Of a DNA stretch of 37,330 bases, positions 34,705-37,330 are shown in pieces. A program made the translations under genes and the position numbers. The DNA lies in assembly GCA_045863335.1 (NCBI GenBank), contig BTVY01000056.1, positions 1-37,330 on the forward strand. The letters run 5' to 3'. Numbering within the stretch: position 1 is the stretch's first letter; each line of letters opens with the position of its first letter. The stretch is from Candidatus Hydrogenedentota bacterium. Its GTDB lineage: Bacteria > Hydrogenedentota > Hydrogenedentia > Hydrogenedentales > SLHB01. The notes beneath the pieces were generated by a model. The model saw only the letters and a program-made list of their open reading frames with translations. It did not search any database and was not told the origin of the DNA.

Positions 34705-36240
34705 TCAAAGTTCCGGCGGCACCATGGCCGCCAAGCGGTGGGGATCAGTGCCGGGAACTTGGAGGTTGCTGAAGGTTTCGATAACGACGTCTCGTAACAT
34801 GCGGATACGTTTTCGCGCGGTGACGATGCCGTGGCCGCCGGAAGTCGCGCGGAAGTAGGTGATGTGAAAGTCCCGTTCGTGGAACCAGCGGGCCATCAGT
34901 GTGGGATCGGGGCCAATCGCTTCGCGTAGCAAATACTCGCCTGGGATGCGCGCCACAATCGTTCCGCCTTCGCAAAGGATGGATTGTGCGAGACGAACCA
35001 TCTCGTCCGCGTTGTTCCATTGCGTCAAATCGGACAGTACGACCGTATCGACCTTGCCATGGCATCCGGCGGGCTCCTCCCGGTACACCAAATCGTAGGA
35101 CCGCGCCCGCTGTTCGCGACGGTCATCGTTGGGAGAAACCCCGACAAGACGTGTCAAGCCACGACGGCGCAGTGCGTATTTGGACGCTTCCATACTCATT
35201 CCAAAATCCATCACGGCGCCGGGGATTCGCGGCAGGTACTCGCACAAGGTATCGCCGGGCTGACGCGGTGCAGGCGCTTCGTGATCGAAGTCGGGGAAGT
35301 GCTTCCGGACCGTATCAAGAATCGCGCGTACGCGGTGGTCGTAGGTGTGCTTCTCGAGCACTTCATCTTTTCCGGCGCGGCCAATGGCTTCGCGGGCCGT
35401 GGGGTTGTCGAGGTATTCGCGCGTCTTATCGATCAGGTCTTCATCGGAATCGTAGACGATAAGGTGCTTCCCCTCTTCGAAGAGGTCCAACAAACCGTTG
35501 TATGCGCTGCTGCGGTTTGTTAGCAGCGGGCAACCCATGGCCAGGGCTTCGAATATCCGCATGTTGAGGTCTTCAATGGCGGAGTGATTGAAGGCCAGCC
35601 TTCCGCCGCACATGTGGCGGCAGTAGTCCTCGCCGTGAACCCGTTCGAGCGCCTCCACGGAAAAGCGTACCGCAAGCAGATGCAACAGGCGGGCGCGCTC
35701 GCGGTGGACGGGCATCGTGGCGGCGCCCACGAAGGAAACGTCGAACTGCTTGGGCACGTCCACCGGATAATGCGCGTCGGGAGCGCAGGCCAACGGCAAC
35801 CAGTGGACGTGTCGAGAGCCGGTGGCGCGGAGGTACGGGATGTACGCCCGTTGTGCGGCGAATACGAGGTCGTAGTGAATGGCTTCGTTGAATTCCATCA
35901 GACACTGCCACGTGTCGATGCTCAGGAACACCGTCGGACAGGCAAGAGTCACCGTCTTCGTGAACATGGGTACGCCGCCGCCCGAGATGGAGACCACGAG
36001 GTGAGGGTGCCACCCTTCCGGAAGGAGCGCGTGGAGGTCGTCCACCGCGCCCAAATCGGCTTCGATATCGTTCGGGACGACCAAATGCGCGAGGTGGCCT
36101 CTCCCCCACGCCTTCAGGATCTCTGGGCCGGGATTTGGCCCGACGGTGATGACTTCACAGTGTCTGCGAAACGCGCGGACGTAGTGGCCGTGCCATGCGA
36201 AGGGATTGGCCTGACCTAGAATGCAAACTCGGATGGACAT
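34705..36240 (-). CDS. CgeB/Glyco_trans_1_2-type glycosyltransferase with C-terminal methyltransferase-like domain
   Basis: YDLVF.AQ, WLPLAC.P..H, DVSFVG, FNHS..DLNMRIFEALA.G..LLT and HTY.HR. C-terminal VMDFG...D.VV...L.EGG.IV. Confidence 0.85.
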   Translation of the reverse strand: MSIRVCILGQANPFAWHGHYVRAFRRHCEVITVGPNPGPEILKAWGRGHLAHLVVPNDIEADLGAVDDLHALLPEGWHPHLVVSISGGGVPMFTKTVTLACPTVFLSIDTWQCLMEFNEAIHYDLVFAAQRAYIPYLRATGSRHVHWLPLACAPDAHYPVDVPKQFDVSFVGAATMPVHRERARLLHLLAVRFSVEALERVHGEDYCRHMCGGRLAFNHSAIEDLNMRIFEALAMGCPLLTNRSSAYNGLLDLFEEGKHLIVYDSDEDLIDKTREYLDNPTAREAIGRAGKDEVLEKHTYDHRVRAILDTVRKHFPDFDHEAPAPRQPGDTLCEYLPRIPGAVMDFGMSMEASKYALRRRGLTRLVGVSPNDDRREQRARSYDLVYREEPAGCHGKVDTVVLSDLTQWNNADEMVRLAQSILCEGGTIVARIPGEYLLREAIGPDPTLMARWFHERDFHITYFRATSGGHGIVTARKRIRMLRDVVIETFSNLQVPGTDPHRLAAMVPPEL

Positions 36241-36316
36241 GGGTTGAACTTAGCCGATGGTAGCTGAGGGTGGATTATGGCAAGTGACGGCTTAGCGCTC
36301 CAAGCGGTCTGATCGC

Positions 36317-36787
36317 TCAATTGGTTAATGCGGCGGTTTGTGTGACACCGCCGGGCATCCACACGTAGACGTTGACGGTGTTCCTCCCCCAGTCCAAGGC
36401 GTGGCGGTGCTTCTTGAAAAAGACATCGAGCCGCTGCCCTTTGATGGCCCCTCCGCGATCTTCGACCCGGCCATAGCCGTAACCGGGAACGTACATGATG
36501 GTGCCGAAGGGATAGAGCGACGTATCAGCCGCGATAGTGCCAATGTCGGCCTGGGTGCCGCTGGCGGTCTGGCCCACTTTCTTCCGTTCGCCCTTGAGGG
36601 AGCCGGACGCGAATACCGGGCGTCCGAGCCAATTCCGTTTCCATTCGCAGCATTTTTTGCAGGGGCAGTACGCGGTGACCTCCATGGGCACAAGCATCGT
36701 GGCGGGTCCAAGGCCATTGTCCGTCGTGGTACAGCCCAAGGGCAGCAAGACAACTGCGACGAGGGCAATTTTGTAAAGAGTTTTCAT
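36317..36787 (-). CDS. 3D-domain lipoprotein
   Basis: Lipobox LPLGC; VTAYC.C..CC, G.TASG, TIAAD...YPFGT...VPGYG...VEDRGGAIKG..LDVFF..H..AL.WG. Confidence 0.9.
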   Translation of the reverse strand: MKTLYKIALVAVVLLPLGCTTTDNGLGPATMLVPMEVTAYCPCKKCCEWKRNWLGRPVFASGSLKGERKKVGQTASGTQADIGTIAADTSLYPFGTIMYVPGYGYGRVEDRGGAIKGQRLDVFFKKHRHALDWGRNTVNVYVWMPGGVTQTAALTN

Positions 36788-36919
36788 TTCGTCAACAGAT
36801 TACTTCAAATCGAACGATTTGGCAAGGGAATTCGACCGGCATAACCGGCCGATTGCTGTCGGATGGTGATTCCGCTAGACTAAAACCCGTCGATCAATTC
36901 CGGGACGAGGGAAACTCTG

Positions 36920-37270
36920 ATGGAAGCAACCGCGAAGAAGTACGAAGTCGCTGAGATAAACGAACTCGAATCCGTGGCCTGCCCCTGCGGATGGAGTCGC
37001 CGGGCCTTTGCGGTTCCTGGAAGTCCTGCCAGCGTGCATCTGGTGGAGATTCAGAAGGACGCCAAGACGCACTACCACAAGGGGATGACGGAGATTTACG
37101 TTGTCCTGGAGGGAGAGGGCCATCTCGAGTTGGACGGCGAATTGGTACCGGTCCAGCCGATGACCGCCGTGATGATTCGGCCCGGCTGCCGACATCGGGC
37201 GATAGGCGAGTTCAAGATACTTAACATCGTGATTCCAGCATTTGATGCCTCGGACGAGTGGATGGATTGA
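36920..37270 (+). CDS. Cupin domain protein
   Basis: HYHK.MTEIY.VLEGEG..ELDG and IRPG.RHRA.G metal-binding motifs; N-terminal CPCG. Confidence 0.9.
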   Translation: MEATAKKYEVAEINELESVACPCGWSRRAFAVPGSPASVHLVEIQKDAKTHYHKGMTEIYVVLEGEGHLELDGELVPVQPMTAVMIRPGCRHRAIGEFKILNIVIPAFDASDEWMD

Positions 37271-37330
37271 ATTTTATCACTGGTGTCCGGTTAAGATTCT
37301 GGTGTTACGTTGTAAAGCATTGCGAGGCTG

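Overview
This 37.3 kb window is GC-rich bacterial chromosome with about 38 protein-coding loci. I found no rRNA, tRNA, CRISPR array or transposase/integrase. The gene repertoire (many secreted carbohydrate-active proteins, Gfo/Idh/MocA oxidoreductases, an AlgE-like porin, REP-like micro-repeats) suggests a PVC/FCB-like or Ca. Hydrogenedentota-like organism; this is inference only. The left half is a mosaic of secreted or lipid-anchored proteins: a PqaA-family hydrolase, a 7-repeat carboxypeptidase-regulatory-like lipoprotein, a lyase-like protein, an SGNH-DUF1080 fusion and a GH106-like protein. These are interleaved with five type II toxin-antitoxin loci, three of which are damaged, including two paralogous addiction-module/ParE pairs with reciprocal lesions. 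The right half holds a Glu/Leu/Phe/Val dehydrogenase, a lone receiver domain, and a HybA/HybB-like plus 13-heme cytochrome c operon with a sigma54-type promoter and no hydrogenase. It also has two Gfo/Idh/MocA enzymes, a triple beta-sandwich repeat protein, an AlgE-like porin, yjbQ, an ABC exporter, a CgeB-type glycosyltransferase, a 3D-domain lipoprotein and a cupin. The best candidates for something undescribed are: (1) a stand-alone 43-aa peptide gene with its own promoter, a ~190-nt structured leader, a near-perfect SD and a terminator; (2) the hydrogenase-free FeS/NrfD/13-heme redox module; (3) the Tat oxidoreductase plus triple beta-sandwich pair; (4) a duplicated palindromic element at 5867-6070.
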